A stretch of 64,000 nucleotides of DNA from Escherichia coli (GCF_022846255.1 NZ_AP025682.1); one strand, 5' to 3'. Shown: positions 20,718-31,337, numbered from the stretch's first letter. A program made the numbers and translations. Notes: generated by a model from the letters alone, not told the origin.

Positions 20718-23700
20718 ATGATTACTATTGACGGTAATGGCGCGGTTGCTTCGGTGGCGTTTCGCACCAGTGAAGTTATCGCCATCTACCCTATTACCCC
20801 CAGTTCCACGATGGCAGAACAGGCTGATGCATGGGCCGGAAACGGCTTGAAAAACGTTTGGGGAGACACACCACGCGTGGTTGAAATGCAGTCGGAAGCG
20901 GGTGCTATCGCTACCGTGCATGGTGCTTTGCAAACTGGTGCCCTCTCAACATCGTTTACGTCATCGCAGGGTTTGCTGCTGATGATCCCGACGCTGTACA
21001 AACTGGCAGGCGAACTCACACCGTTTGTCCTGCATGTTGCGGCACGTACCGTTGCCACACATGCACTCTCTATTTTTGGCGATCATTCCGACGTTATGGC
21101 GGTGCGCCAGACGGGTTGCGCGATGTTGTGTGCAGCAAACGTCCAGGAAGCGCAAGACTTTGCTCTCATTTCGCACATCGCGACGCTGAAAAGCCGCGTG
21201 CCATTTATTCATTTCTTTGATGGTTTCCGCACATCCCACGAAATCAATAAAATTGTCCCGCTGGCCGATGACACGATTCTTGAACTGATGCCGCAGGCAG
21301 AAATTGATGCTCATCGCGCCCGGGCACTCAACCCGGAACATCCGGTGATCCGCGGTACGTCCGCCAATCCTGACACTTATTTCCAGTCTCGCGAAGCCAC
21401 CAACCCATGGTACAACGCGGTCTATGACCATGTTGAACAGGCGATGAATGATTTCGCTGCCGCGACAGGTCGTCAGTATCAGCCGTTTGAGTATTACGGG
21501 CATCCGCAAGCGGAACGGGTGATTATCCTGATGGGCTCAGCCATTGGCACATGTGAAGAAGTGGTTGATGAATTGCTGACCCGTGGCGAAAAAGTCGGCG
21601 TGCTGAAAGTTCGCCTGTACCGCCCCTTCTCCGCCAAACACTTGCTGCAAGCTCTGCCGGGATCCGTGCGCAACGTGGCGGTACTGGACAGAACCAAAGA
21701 GCCTGGTGCCCAGGCAGAACCGCTCTATCTGGATGTGATGACCGCACTGGCAGAAGCCTTTAATAATGGCGAGCGTGAAACCCTGCCCCGTGTCATTGGT
21801 GGGCGCTATGGTCTTTCATCCAAAGAATTTGGCCCGGACTGTGTACTGGCGGTATTTGCCGAGCTCAACGCGGCTAAACCGAAAGCGCGCTTTACGGTTG
21901 GTATTTACGATGATGTAACCAATCTGTCACTGCCGTTGCCGGAAAACACCCTACCAAACTCGGCGAAACTGGAAGCCTTGTTTTATGGCCTTGGTAGTGA
22001 TGGCAGCGTTTCCGCGACCAAAAACAATATCAAGATTATCGGAAATTCCACGCCGTGGTACGCACAGGGCTATTTTGTTTACGACTCCAAAAAGGCGGGC
22101 GGCCTGACGGTTTCTCACCTTCGCGTGAGCGAACAGCCGATTCGTTCCGCTTATCTCATTTCCCAGGCTGATTTTGTTGGCTGCCACCAGTTGCAGTTTA
22201 TCGATAAATATCAGATGGCTGAGCGTTTAAAACCTGGCGGCATTTTCCTGCTCAACACGCCGTACAGCGCAGCTGAAGTGTGGTCGCGCTTGCCGCAGGA
22301 AGTTCAGGCCGTGCTAAACCAGAAAAAAGCGCGCTTCTATGTGATTAACGCGGCGAAAATCGCCCGCGAATGTGGCCTGGCGGCTCGTATTAATACCGTC
22401 ATGCAGATGGTTTTTTTCCATCTGACGCAGATTCTGCCTGGCGATAGCGCCCTGGCAGAATTGCAGGGTGCGATTGCCAAAAGTTACAGTAGCAAAGGCC
22501 AGGATCTGGTGGAACGCAACTGGCAGGCTCTGGCGCTAGCACGTGAATCCGTAGAAGAAGTTCCACTGCAGCCAGTTAATCCGCATAGCGCCAATCGACC
22601 GCCAGTGGTTTCCGATGCCGCTCCTGATTTCGTGAAAACCGTAACCGCTGCGATGCTCGCGGGGCTTGGCGACGCCCTCCCCGTTTCGGCACTGCCGCCA
22701 GACGGCACCTGGCCGATGGGCACCACGCGCTGGGAAAAACGCAATATCGCCGAAGAGATCCCCATCTGGAAAGAGGAACTCTGTACGCAATGTAACCACT
22801 GTGTCGCCGCTTGCCCACACTCAGCTATTCGCGCAAAAGTGGTACCGCCTGAAGCGATGGAAAACGCCCCTGCCAGCCTGCATTCGCTGGATGTGAAATC
22901 GCGTGATATGCGCGGGCAGAAATATGTCTTGCAGGTGGCTCCGGAAGATTGCACCGGTTGTAACTTGTGCGTCGAAGTTTGCCCGGCGAAAGACCGTCAG
23001 AATCCAGAGATTAAAGCCATCAATATGATGTCGCGCCTGGAACATGTCGAAGAAGAGAAAATCAATTACGATTTCTTCCTCAACCTGCCAGAAATCGACC
23101 GTAGCAAACTGGAACGTATTGATATTCGTACATCGCAGCTGATTACACCGCTGTTTGAATATTCAGGTGCTTGCTCCGGTTGTGGCGAGACGCCGTATAT
23201 TAAATTGCTGACTCAGCTCTATGGCGACCGGATGTTGATCGCTAATGCCACTGGCTGTTCTTCAATATACGGCGGTAACCTGCCTTCAACACCATATACC
23301 ACCGATGCCAATGGTCGTGGACCGGCATGGGCGAACTCGCTGTTTGAAGATAACGCCGAATTTGGCCTTGGTTTCCGCCTGACGGTCGATCAACATCGTG
23401 TCCGCGTGCTGCGTCTGCTCGATCAATTTGCCGATAAAATCCCGGCAGAATTACTGACTGCGTTGAAATCAGACGCCACGCCAGAGGTTCGTCGTGAACA
23501 GGTTGCAGCTTTACGCCAGCAACTCAACGATGTTGCTGAAGCACATGAACTGCTGCGTGACGCAGATGCCCTGGTGGAAAAATCAATCTGGCTGATTGGT
23601 GGCGATGGCTGGGCTTACGATATCGGCTTTGGCGGTCTGGATCATGTATTGAGTTTGACGGAAAACGTCAACATTCTGGTGCTGGATACGCAATGCTATT

Positions 23701-24242
23701 CCAACACCGGTGGTCAGGCGTCGAAAGCGACACCGCTGGGTGCAGTAACTAAGTTTGGCGAGCACGGCAAACGTAAAGCGCGTAAAGATCTTGGCGTCAG
23801 TATGATGATGTACGGTCATGTTTATGTGGCGCAGATTTCTCTCGGCGCGCAGCTGAACCAGACGGTGAAAGCGATTCAGGAAGCGGAAGCGTATCCGGGG
23901 CCATCGCTGATCATCGCTTATAGCCCATGTGAAGAGCATGGTTACGATCTGGCACTCAGCCACGATCAGATGCGCCAACTCACTGCTACCGGCTTCTGGC
24001 CGTTATATCGCTTCGATCCTCGTCGTGCCGATGAAGGCAAACTGCCGCTGGCGCTGGATTCACGCCCGCCGTCAGAAGCACTGGAAGAAACGTTACTTCA
24101 CGAGCAGCGTTTCCGTCGTCTGAATTCGCAGCAGCCAGAAGTGGCAGAACAGTTATGGAAAGATGCTGCAGCTGATTTGCAAAAGCGCTATGACTTCCTG
24201 GCACAAATGGCCGGAAAAGCGGAAAAAAGCAACACCGATTAA
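20718..24242 (+). CDS. ydbK: Pyruvate:flavodoxin/ferredoxin oxidoreductase, 1174 aa
   Basis: 1174 aa PFOR with two 4Fe-4S ferredoxin motifs (CTQCNHCVAACP, CTGCNLCVEVCP) and a TPP-binding region. Confidence 0.95.
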   Translation: MITIDGNGAVASVAFRTSEVIAIYPITPSSTMAEQADAWAGNGLKNVWGDTPRVVEMQSEAGAIATVHGALQTGALSTSFTSSQGLLLMIPTLYKLAGELTPFVLHVAARTVATHALSIFGDHSDVMAVRQTGCAMLCAANVQEAQDFALISHIATLKSRVPFIHFFDGFRTSHEINKIVPLADDTILELMPQAEIDAHRARALNPEHPVIRGTSANPDTYFQSREATNPWYNAVYDHVEQAMNDFAAATGRQYQPFEYYGHPQAERVIILMGSAIGTCEEVVDELLTRGEKVGVLKVRLYRPFSAKHLLQALPGSVRNVAVLDRTKEPGAQAEPLYLDVMTALAEAFNNGERETLPRVIGGRYGLSSKEFGPDCVLAVFAELNAAKPKARFTVGIYDDVTNLSLPLPENTLPNSAKLEALFYGLGSDGSVSATKNNIKIIGNSTPWYAQGYFVYDSKKAGGLTVSHLRVSEQPIRSAYLISQADFVGCHQLQFIDKYQMAERLKPGGIFLLNTPYSAAEVWSRLPQEVQAVLNQKKARFYVINAAKIARECGLAARINTVMQMVFFHLTQILPGDSALAELQGAIAKSYSSKGQDLVERNWQALALARESVEEVPLQPVNPHSANRPPVVSDAAPDFVKTVTAAMLAGLGDALPVSALPPDGTWPMGTTRWEKRNIAEEIPIWKEELCTQCNHCVAACPHSAIRAKVVPPEAMENAPASLHSLDVKSRDMRGQKYVLQVAPEDCTGCNLCVEVCPAKDRQNPEIKAINMMSRLEHVEEEKINYDFFLNLPEIDRSKLERIDIRTSQLITPLFEYSGACSGCGETPYIKLLTQLYGDRMLIANATGCSSIYGGNLPSTPYTTDANGRGPAWANSLFEDNAEFGLGFRLTVDQHRVRVLRLLDQFADKIPAELLTALKSDATPEVRREQVAALRQQLNDVAEAHELLRDADALVEKSIWLIGGDGWAYDIGFGGLDHVLSLTENVNILVLDTQCYSNTGGQASKATPLGAVTKFGEHGKRKARKDLGVSMMMYGHVYVAQISLGAQLNQTVKAIQEAEAYPGPSLIIAYSPCEEHGYDLALSHDQMRQLTATGFWPLYRFDPRRADEGKLPLALDSRPPSEALEETLLHEQRFRRLNSQQPEVAEQLWKDAAADLQKRYDFLAQMAGKAEKSNTD

Positions 24243-24270
24243 ATGCTCTGGATAAGGATCATCCAATTCT

Positions 24271-24380
24271 AAAAAAAAGCCCGGACGACTGTTCGGGCTT
24301 GTCTTCTTATATGTTGGAAAATCAGTAGCAATGCAATGGCCCAACAGAAAATAAAATCTGTGACAATAAAGGCATATAAC
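24271..24380 (-). ncRNA. micC: MicC small RNA (OmpC regulator)
   Basis: Minus strand reads gttatatgcctttattgtcacagattttattttctgttgggccattgcattgctactgattttccaacatataagaagacaagcccgaacagtcgtccgggctttttttt, matching MicC as recalled at all but about three positions; sits between ydbK and ompN and shares the gcccgg hairpin with the ydbK terminator. Confidence 0.7.
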
Positions 24381-24607
24381 CCGCGCAGAATAACGTATAG
24401 AAAATTAAAAGTATAATTTTTATTTTGTATGTGTTATCTCCAATACATTCACCAGACTTATTATCATTTCTGAAGAATTATTTAATTAAGGTTTTACTTA
24501 AGGCGTAACAAATGATATTTATCGGCTAACTGAACTTCTCCTTTAGGATGTTTTCACTCCCCAAAATGGGGATGAAAGGCAAATAAAATAACTAAAGGAT
24601 TTATTCA

Positions 24608-25741
24608 ATGAAAAGCAAAGTACTGGCACTCTTAATTCCTGCCCTGCTCGCTGCAGGTGCTGCACATGCAGCCGAAGTTTATAATAAAGACGGCAACAAA
24701 TTAGATCTGTATGGCAAAGTTGATGGCCTGCATTATTTTTCTGATAATTCAGCGAAAGATGGCGACCAGAGCTATGCTCGTCTGGGTTTTAAAGGCGAAA
24801 CCCAAATTAACGATCAACTCACTGGCTACGGTCAATGGGAATACAATATTCAGGCAAACAACACCGAATCTTCAACAAACCAGTCATGGACCCGTCTGGC
24901 ATTTGCCGGACTGAAATTTGCAGATTACGGTTCTTTCGATTACGGACGTAATTATGGCGTAATGTACGACATCGAAGGCTGGACTGATATGCTACCTGAA
25001 TTTGGCGGTGACTCTTATACCAATGCAGACAACTTTATGACTGGTCGTGCCAATGGCGTCGCGACTTATCGTAATGCTGATTTCTTCGGTCTGGTAAATG
25101 GTCTGAACTTCGCGGTGCAGTATCAAGGTAACAACGAAGGTGCCAGTAATGGTCAGGAAGGCACCAACAACGGACGTGATGTTCGCCATGAAAACGGTGA
25201 CGGCTGGGGTCTTTCCACAACATATGATTTAGGCATGGGCTTTAACGCTGGTGCGGCATACACCTCTTCTGACCGCACCAATGACCAGGTTAACCATACT
25301 GCGGCGGGTGGTGATAAAGCAGACGCGTGGACTGCTGGGCTAAAATACGATGCTAACAATATTTACCTGGCAACCATGTATTCAGAAACGCGTAATATGA
25401 CCCCGTTTGGCGACAGCGATTATGCTGTTGCAAACAAAACCCAGAACTTTGAAGTCACTGCACAGTACCAGTTTGATTTTGGTCTGCGTCCGGCAGTCTC
25501 TTTCCTGATGTCTAAAGGCCGTGACCTGCACGCTGCCGGTGGTGCAGACAACCCAGCAGGTGTTGATGATAAAGATCTGGTTAAATACGCCGATGTTGGC
25601 GCGACTTACTATTTCAATAAAAACATGTCCACCTATGTTGACTATAAAATCAACCTGTTGGATGAAGATGACAGTTTCTACGCTGCCAACGGCATCTCTA
25701 CCGATGATATCGTCGCTTTAGGTCTGGTTTATCAGTTCTAA
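24608..25741 (+). CDS. ompN: Outer membrane porin N (OmpC/OmpF family), 377 aa
   Basis: Signal peptide, general-porin motifs and C-terminal aromatic residue (…LGLVYQF); 377 aa. Confidence 0.9.
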   Translation: MKSKVLALLIPALLAAGAAHAAEVYNKDGNKLDLYGKVDGLHYFSDNSAKDGDQSYARLGFKGETQINDQLTGYGQWEYNIQANNTESSTNQSWTRLAFAGLKFADYGSFDYGRNYGVMYDIEGWTDMLPEFGGDSYTNADNFMTGRANGVATYRNADFFGLVNGLNFAVQYQGNNEGASNGQEGTNNGRDVRHENGDGWGLSTTYDLGMGFNAGAAYTSSDRTNDQVNHTAAGGDKADAWTAGLKYDANNIYLATMYSETRNMTPFGDSDYAVANKTQNFEVTAQYQFDFGLRPAVSFLMSKGRDLHAAGGADNPAGVDDKDLVKYADVGATYYFNKNMSTYVDYKINLLDEDDSFYAANGISTDDIVALGLVYQF

Positions 25742-25800
25742 ATCCCCCTGCCCGCTGTTTTGGCGGGCTTTTTCTGCCTATTCATCCTCCTTTGATCTAA

Positions 25801-26316
<516 letters not shown>

Positions 26317-26323
26317 CACTAAC

Positions 26324-26348
26324 GCCCGCACATTGCTGCGGGCTTTTT
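26324..26348 (+). terminator. uspF intrinsic terminator
   Basis: gcccgca-cattgc-tgcgggc hairpin followed by T5. Confidence 0.6.
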
Positions 26349-26502
26349 GATTCATTTCGCAAATGTGCTGACATTTTCCCCTCTAATCATTACAATTTAA
26401 ATTTATGAATTATGCATTGATAATCGCTATTATAATATCGTTCCCTGTGCATTATTATCAGTTTTTCTGGTATTAAAAGACTGGGCGCTAATAGGAGATG
26501 CA

Positions 26503-27003
26503 ATGAACCACGCAATGTTTCCTGGCATAGTTCTAGCCTGGATTATAGGTATGCCGCTGGGAATTGGTGCATTTATTGTAGGACTGTCTTGTGCAATTGC
26601 AACTGGCTATCTGAAAGATAATAGCATCATAAAGAAAGATACCATTATAGGTATCGTTTTTTCAGGAATTTTTGTCTTGACTATCAACAGGCACAAGTCA
26701 GCGGATTACAGATATCATTATTACATTACAGTTTACTCTGCATGGTATCGCCTACCATTTTTGCCACATTAAAAGCAGTCGGAATTATTCTGTCTATATA
26801 CTATTAACAGCTCCAGGGTCTATTGCTGTCCTCACCACGCGTCGCTTTCATAAGGCATTACTTATCGCCGTAACGATATCAATAACAATATCAGGCGTAT
26901 GGTTATTATATTTTCTCGACAGAGCCCCAGCGCCGACAATCGTCCTCTTATTTGCTGTAGCATTTCTTTTCGCGCTGATAATAATCAATTTTCGGAAACA
27001 ATA
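26503..27003 (+). pseudogene. Frameshifted, 5'-truncated ABC-3 family metal-transporter permease (ZnuB/SitD/MntB-like)
   Basis: Frame 1 (MNHAMFPGIVLAWIIGMPLGIGAF...IIGIVFSGIF) resembles the central part of ZnuB-like permeases; after a stop, two other frames carry the C-terminal part (...LLYFLDRAPAPTIVLLFAVAFLFALII); no N-terminus and no adjacent ATPase or binding-protein genes. Confidence 0.5.
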
Positions 27004-27283
27004 ATCTCAACAGTAGAATAAAGAGGCAAATCAATCATTACATATATAAGATGGTGCTAATATTGTACCGCCTTTAAATTGAATTTTATCCTTTCACCCT
27101 TACACAATTTAAGGAATGCAGATGACTATTTTATCAGCTCCCAGCCTTTTTCCTGGTAATCGAAAACTTGAAAATCATTAACTCTAAGAAATTCTGCCAA
27201 ATCGTTGAAATTACTTTAAATTAGACTCGAACAAATCAACCCCTGATGGGGCTTTTACTTATCAATTTAATCGTGTAGATATC

Positions 27284-27331
27284 GACCTCCATCTGCCCGC
27301 CTCAGATTCGTACCTGGTGGAGGTCTTTTTT
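27284..27331 (+). terminator. Putative intrinsic terminator inside the AT-rich remnant
   Basis: gacctcc ... ggaggtc stem with an inner atctg/cagat stem, followed by T6; no annotated gene upstream. Confidence 0.4.
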
Positions 27332-27392
27332 CGTTGCCTCTTTCCCCCTTTAGTTCAGTATAAAATCATCAAACTAATGCTGTTCACACTAT

Positions 27393-27572
27393 TTACCTCC
27401 AGCATTCTATATAAATAATAGAAATAAAAACCCCAATACATAGTGCATTGGCATGACCAAACATCAATGCCATTATACTCGCCTCTGTTAAATACTCGCT
27501 AGTTAATATGATAGGCACGCATGATATAACAATCCATATGCTAATACATAAATACACCAGTATTTTTCTCAT
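27393..27572 (-). CDS. Hypothetical 59 aa hydrophobic small protein (unverified)
   Basis: ATG-initiated ORF in ~30% GC DNA translating to MRKILVYLCISIWIVISCVPIILTSEYLTEASIMALMFGHANALCIGVFISIIYIECWR with two predicted hydrophobic segments; weak RBS; one codon under the ORF-track cutoff. Confidence 0.2.
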   Translation of the reverse strand: MRKILVYLCISIWIVISCVPIILTSEYLTEASIMALMFGHANALCIGVFISIIYIECWR

Positions 27573-28279
27573 AGTCAGTCCCTGTGATTAACAACAAGGC
27601 ATAGTTAAACATATTTCACATTCAAACGTAAACATTATTAATAAAATTCTGTCAATCAAACTGACATCACGATTCAAGCCCTCTTCAAACTGAAGGTTAG
27701 AGCAGCGTAGAACATTTCAAAACAATACACTAAAAAAATACCCGAACAAAAAACTTAATTCTTTTTTATTGTGAACTTTAGTAATTTTGCCATGCAACTC
27801 TTTATTACATTTAGGCCTATCTTATTTCATGGCAACGCAGATACAGGACCATTTCTTGTGCTATGGATAAGTAATAAGCTAGTTACATCTTTTTAAGAGA
27901 ACCATTTTCACATATCAAGATATCATCACCACCCACAATGAATTAAGTATTTTTCTTATTCTTTAGATTAGATGCGTAATGAATCCCTAACTCCATTCGG
28001 GCGTTATGGCTCTTTCATTTGAAATACATTCATATCCAATGTAATATTTCCATGCGCAAATATAACTACCGACCATACTCATCATTTATTACAGAGAATT
28101 ATTTTATTCACCGAAAAGTTTCACAAAATATCCCCTGATAGAAAACTAAAAAACACTGCATAATATCGCTATTCTGGCACTTGCGAAAAATTATATTCTG
28201 CACCTGTTGTAGCGTTCTATTTCTCCGCCTGGCAACGAATGCACAATGTCCGCCACAGTTTCTGTTCTAATTTCTTCCT

Positions 28280-28588
28280 GTGTTACCGCATCCTGTACGG
28301 GTAGCGCAACACCAGCATGCTAAGCAAGGCTTTCCCATCAGATTTCACTACGACTATTTGGGAGCGAGATGGAATGCAGCAGTAAAACGTGCTGGTATTC
28401 GCCGCCGTAATCCGTACCATACGCGACATACTTTTGCCTGCTGGCTGTTGACGGCAGGAGCGAACCCGGCATTTATAGCCAGCCAGATGGGGCATGAAAC
28501 TGCGCAGATGGTGTATGAAATTTACGGTATGTGGATTGATGACATGAACGACGAACAGGTAGCCATGTTAAATGCGCGGTTATCGTAG
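28280..28588 (+). pseudogene. 3' fragment of a phage-type tyrosine integrase (intR-like remnant)
   Basis: Only the catalytic C-terminus is present (RRRNPYHTRHTFACWLLTAGANPAFIASQMGHETAQMVYEIYGMW with the conserved His/Arg/Tyr residues); the upstream part of the frame is not integrase-like; immediately 5' of ttcA, where intR lies in K-12. Confidence 0.6.
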
Positions 28589-28639
28589 TTGCAAAGTTTG
28601 CCCTCAATATGCCCCACTTAGTACCAGAGAACTGAAATA

Positions 28640-29575
28640 ATGCAAGAAAATCAACAAATTACAAAGAAAGAACAATACAACCTGAACAAATTACAAAAAC
28701 GTCTGCGTCGTAACGTGGGCGAAGCCATTGCTGACTTCAATATGATTGAAGAAGGCGATCGCATCATGGTTTGCCTCTCCGGGGGTAAAGACAGCTATAC
28801 CATGCTGGAGATTCTGCGCAATTTGCAGCAAAGCGCGCCAATCAATTTTTCGCTGGTGGCTGTTAACCTCGATCAAAAGCAACCGGGCTTCCCGGAACAC
28901 GTTCTGCCCGAGTATCTTGAAAAGCTGGGCGTTGAGTACAAGATTGTTGAAGAGAACACTTACGGTATCGTGAAAGAGAAGATTCCGGAGGGCAAAACCA
29001 CTTGCTCACTGTGTTCTCGCCTGCGTCGCGGTATCCTTTATCGTACCGCAACGGAACTAGGGGCGACGAAGATCGCACTGGGTCACCATCGTGACGATAT
29101 CCTGCAAACGCTGTTCTTAAATATGTTCTACGGTGGCAAGATGAAAGGTATGCCTCCGAAACTGATGAGCGATGATGGCAAACATATCGTGATCCGTCCG
29201 CTGGCCTACTGCCGCGAGAAAGATATTCAGCGCTTTGCCGATGCAAAAGCGTTCCCGATTATTCCGTGCAACCTGTGCGGTTCACAGCCTAACCTGCAAC
29301 GTCAGGTGATTGCTGACATGTTGCGTGACTGGGATAAACGTTATCCGGGGCGTATCGAGACGATGTTCAGCGCAATGCAGAATGTGGTGCCGTCGCATCT
29401 GTGCGATACCAACCTGTTCGATTTCAAAGGCATTACCCACGGTTCTGAAGTGGTTAACGGGGGTGATCTGGCGTTTGATCGCGAAGAGATCCCACTACAA
29501 CCAGCGGGCTGGCAGCCTGAAGAAGATGAAAATCAGTTGGATGAGTTACGGCTGAATGTGGTTGAAGTGAAATAA
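28640..29575 (+). CDS. ttcA: tRNA 2-thiocytidine(32) synthetase, 311 aa
   Basis: PP-loop motif [11 protein letters not shown] and the two CxxC clusters; 311 aa. Confidence 0.9.
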   Translation: MQENQQITKKEQYNLNKLQKRLRRNVGEAIADFNMIEEGDRIMVCLSGGKDSYTMLEILRNLQQSAPINFSLVAVNLDQKQPGFPEHVLPEYLEKLGVEYKIVEENTYGIVKEKIPEGKTTCSLCSRLRRGILYRTATELGATKIALGHHRDDILQTLFLNMFYGGKMKGMPPKLMSDDGKHIVIRPLAYCREKDIQRFADAKAFPIIPCNLCGSQPNLQRQVIADMLRDWDKRYPGRIETMFSAMQNVVPSHLCDTNLFDFKGITHGSEVVNGGDLAFDREEIPLQPAGWQPEEDENQLDELRLNVVEVK

Positions 29576-29580
29576 CCCGG

Positions 29581-29662
29581 ATAGCGCCCGATGCGCAAGC
29601 GTATCGGGCTACTCTTATGGAGGCCGGATAAGACGCGGCCAGCGTCACATCCGGCAATGCCG
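29581..29662. repeat. REP/BIME-type extragenic palindromes between ttcA and dbpA
   Basis: gccggataagacgcggccagcgtcacatccggc and an adjacent imperfect palindrome resemble REP units; located between convergent genes. Confidence 0.55.
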
Positions 29663-29703
29663 AAGAAGATGTTTACTCTTGCACCCTGCAATTCAACATT
29701 TCA

Positions 29704-31077
29704 TTATTTTAATAACCGCACCCGGCACGTTTTTCCTTTAATCTTCCCACCCTGTAGCTGTTTCCATGCTTTATGAGCAACAGCCTGACGCACCGCGACA
29801 TAGACATGCGCCGGATGCACGGCAATTTTGCCAATATCTGCGCCATCAAGCCCGATGTCTCCTGTCAGCGCACCTAATACATCACCCGGGCGCATTTTGG
29901 CTTTTTTCCCGCCATCGATACACAACGTTGCCATTTCTGCTTTCAGCGGCACAATGGAACTATTTGCTGGCGGCGTTTGCCAGTTAAGTTTTATCTGCAA
30001 CATGTCAGAAATGATATTGGCCCGCTGTGCTTCTTCCGGGGCACAGAAACTGATCGCCAGACCGCTATTTCCTGCACGAGCTGTACGACCGATGCGATGT
30101 ACATGAACTTCAGGGTCCCACGCCAGCTCAAAGTTCACCACCAGCTCAAGCGATTTTATATCCAGACCACGCGCAGCAACATCAGTCGCGACCAGTACAC
30201 GGGCGCTACCGTTAGCAAAACGTACCAGGGTCTGATCGCGATCGCGTTGCTCCAGATCGCCGTGTAACGACAATGCACTTTGCCCTACTTCATTCAGCGC
30301 GTCACAGACAGCCTGGCAATCTTTTTTGGTATTGCAAAACACCACGCAAGAGGATGGCTGATGCAAGCTTAATAACCGTTGCAACAGAGGAATTTTGCCT
30401 TTGCTGGATGTCTCATAAAATTGTTGTTCAATAGGTGGCAGAGCATCTGTTGAGTCAATTTCAATCGCTAAAGGATCGCGTTGCACTCTTCCGCTGATTG
30501 CGGCAATGGCTTCCGGCCAGGTTGCCGAAAACAGAAGTGTCTGCCGAGATGCTGGCGCAAAACGGATGACATCATCAATGGCGTCACTAAATCCCATATC
30601 CAGCATGCGGTCGGCCTCATCCATCACCAGCGTATTCAACGCATCCAGTGATACAGTGCCTTTTTGCAGGTGATCCAGCAAACGGCCCGGCGTTGCCACG
30701 ATAATATGCGGCGCATGTTGCAACGAATCACGCTGCATACCGAACGGTTGACCACCGCACAACGTCAAAATTTTGGTATTTAGCAGAAAACGCGCCAGCC
30801 GACGCAATTCACCTGCCACCTGATCCGCCAGTTCACGCGTAGGACACAGCACTAAACCCTGGGTTTGAAATAGCGACACATCAATTTGCTGTAACAAGCC
30901 GAGGCCAAAAGCCGCCGTTTTGCCGCTGCCGGTTTTCGCCCGCACGCGAACATCTTTTCCGGCAAGGATCGCCGGAAGCGCGGCGGCCTGCACCGGCGTC
31001 ATGGTTAAATAACCCAACTCATTAAGGTTTGTGAGTTGGGCGGGAGGCAAAACATTCAGGGTAGAAAAAGCGGTCAC
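29704..31077 (-). CDS. dbpA: ATP-dependent 23S-rRNA-specific DEAD-box RNA helicase, 457 aa
   Basis: Q-motif, Walker A AKTGSGKT, DEAD box (VMDEADRMLDMGF), SAT, HRIGRTARAG motifs and C-terminal RNA-binding domain; GTG start at 31077. Confidence 0.95.
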   Translation of the reverse strand: MTAFSTLNVLPPAQLTNLNELGYLTMTPVQAAALPAILAGKDVRVRAKTGSGKTAAFGLGLLQQIDVSLFQTQGLVLCPTRELADQVAGELRRLARFLLNTKILTLCGGQPFGMQRDSLQHAPHIIVATPGRLLDHLQKGTVSLDALNTLVMDEADRMLDMGFSDAIDDVIRFAPASRQTLLFSATWPEAIAAISGRVQRDPLAIEIDSTDALPPIEQQFYETSSKGKIPLLQRLLSLHQPSSCVVFCNTKKDCQAVCDALNEVGQSALSLHGDLEQRDRDQTLVRFANGSARVLVATDVAARGLDIKSLELVVNFELAWDPEVHVHRIGRTARAGNSGLAISFCAPEEAQRANIISDMLQIKLNWQTPPANSSIVPLKAEMATLCIDGGKKAKMRPGDVLGALTGDIGLDGADIGKIAVHPAHVYVAVRQAVAHKAWKQLQGGKIKGKTCRVRLLK

Positions 31078-31106
31078 AATCTATTCTCGTGGTCATCGAC
31101 GCAAAG

Positions 31107-31280
31107 TCAGCAGGCGCGTATCCTCGCAGATCTACGCTCACGATGCGACAATTTAATCGGTTCTTCATCGGGTGGTGGGTCAGGCATGGGTTGCGGGCGA
31201 GGGATCGGATCAGGTACTGGAACAGGATCGCCAGGAATCGGTTCAGGGACAGGAATTTGCAAATAAATAAGTGTCGTCAT
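31107..31280 (-). CDS. Hypothetical 57 aa Xaa-Pro-repeat small protein upstream of dbpA (unverified)
   Basis: ATG preceded by GGAGGG at 4-nt spacing; hand translation MTTLIYLQIPVPEPIPGDPVPVPDPIPRPQPMPDPPPDEEPIKLSHRERRSARIRAC; in-frame stop just upstream; ends 30 bp before the dbpA start codon. Confidence 0.3.
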   Translation of the reverse strand: MTTLIYLQIPVPEPIPGDPVPVPDPIPRPQPMPDPPPDEEPIKLSHRERRSARIRAC

Positions 31281-31337
31281 ATTTCCCTCCGGTCATTGGG
31301 TGGACTCTTAAAGGGTAGACGCTGATAAATAACAGGC

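Larger units (their letters stand above)
26350..28590. mobile_element. AT-rich degraded integrative-element remnant at the position of the Rac prophage attachment site
   Basis: About 2.2 kb of low-GC sequence with almost no intact ORFs, bounded by a frameshifted permease fragment on the left and a tyrosine-integrase 3' fragment next to ttcA on the right. Confidence 0.45.

Noticed and set aside
20786-23978. Numerous minus-strand ORFs (up to 182 aa) within ydbK
   Set aside because: Embedded antisense in a highly conserved 1174 aa gene; arginine/cysteine-rich low-complexity translations.
26503-26772. 89 aa ORF as an intact small membrane protein
   Set aside because: It begins in the middle of the ABC-3 permease fold, and the continuation of the same protein is found in two other frames downstream, so it is one piece of a frameshifted pseudogene.
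31036-31266. 76 aa plus-strand Gly-rich ORF (…GSGTGTGSPGIGSGTG…) in the dbpA-fnrS gap
   Set aside because: It is the antisense shadow of the Xaa-Pro-repeat frame (GGN opposite NCC), starts with TTG inside the dbpA 5' end and has no RBS; the minus-strand frame with its GGAGGG RBS is the better candidate.
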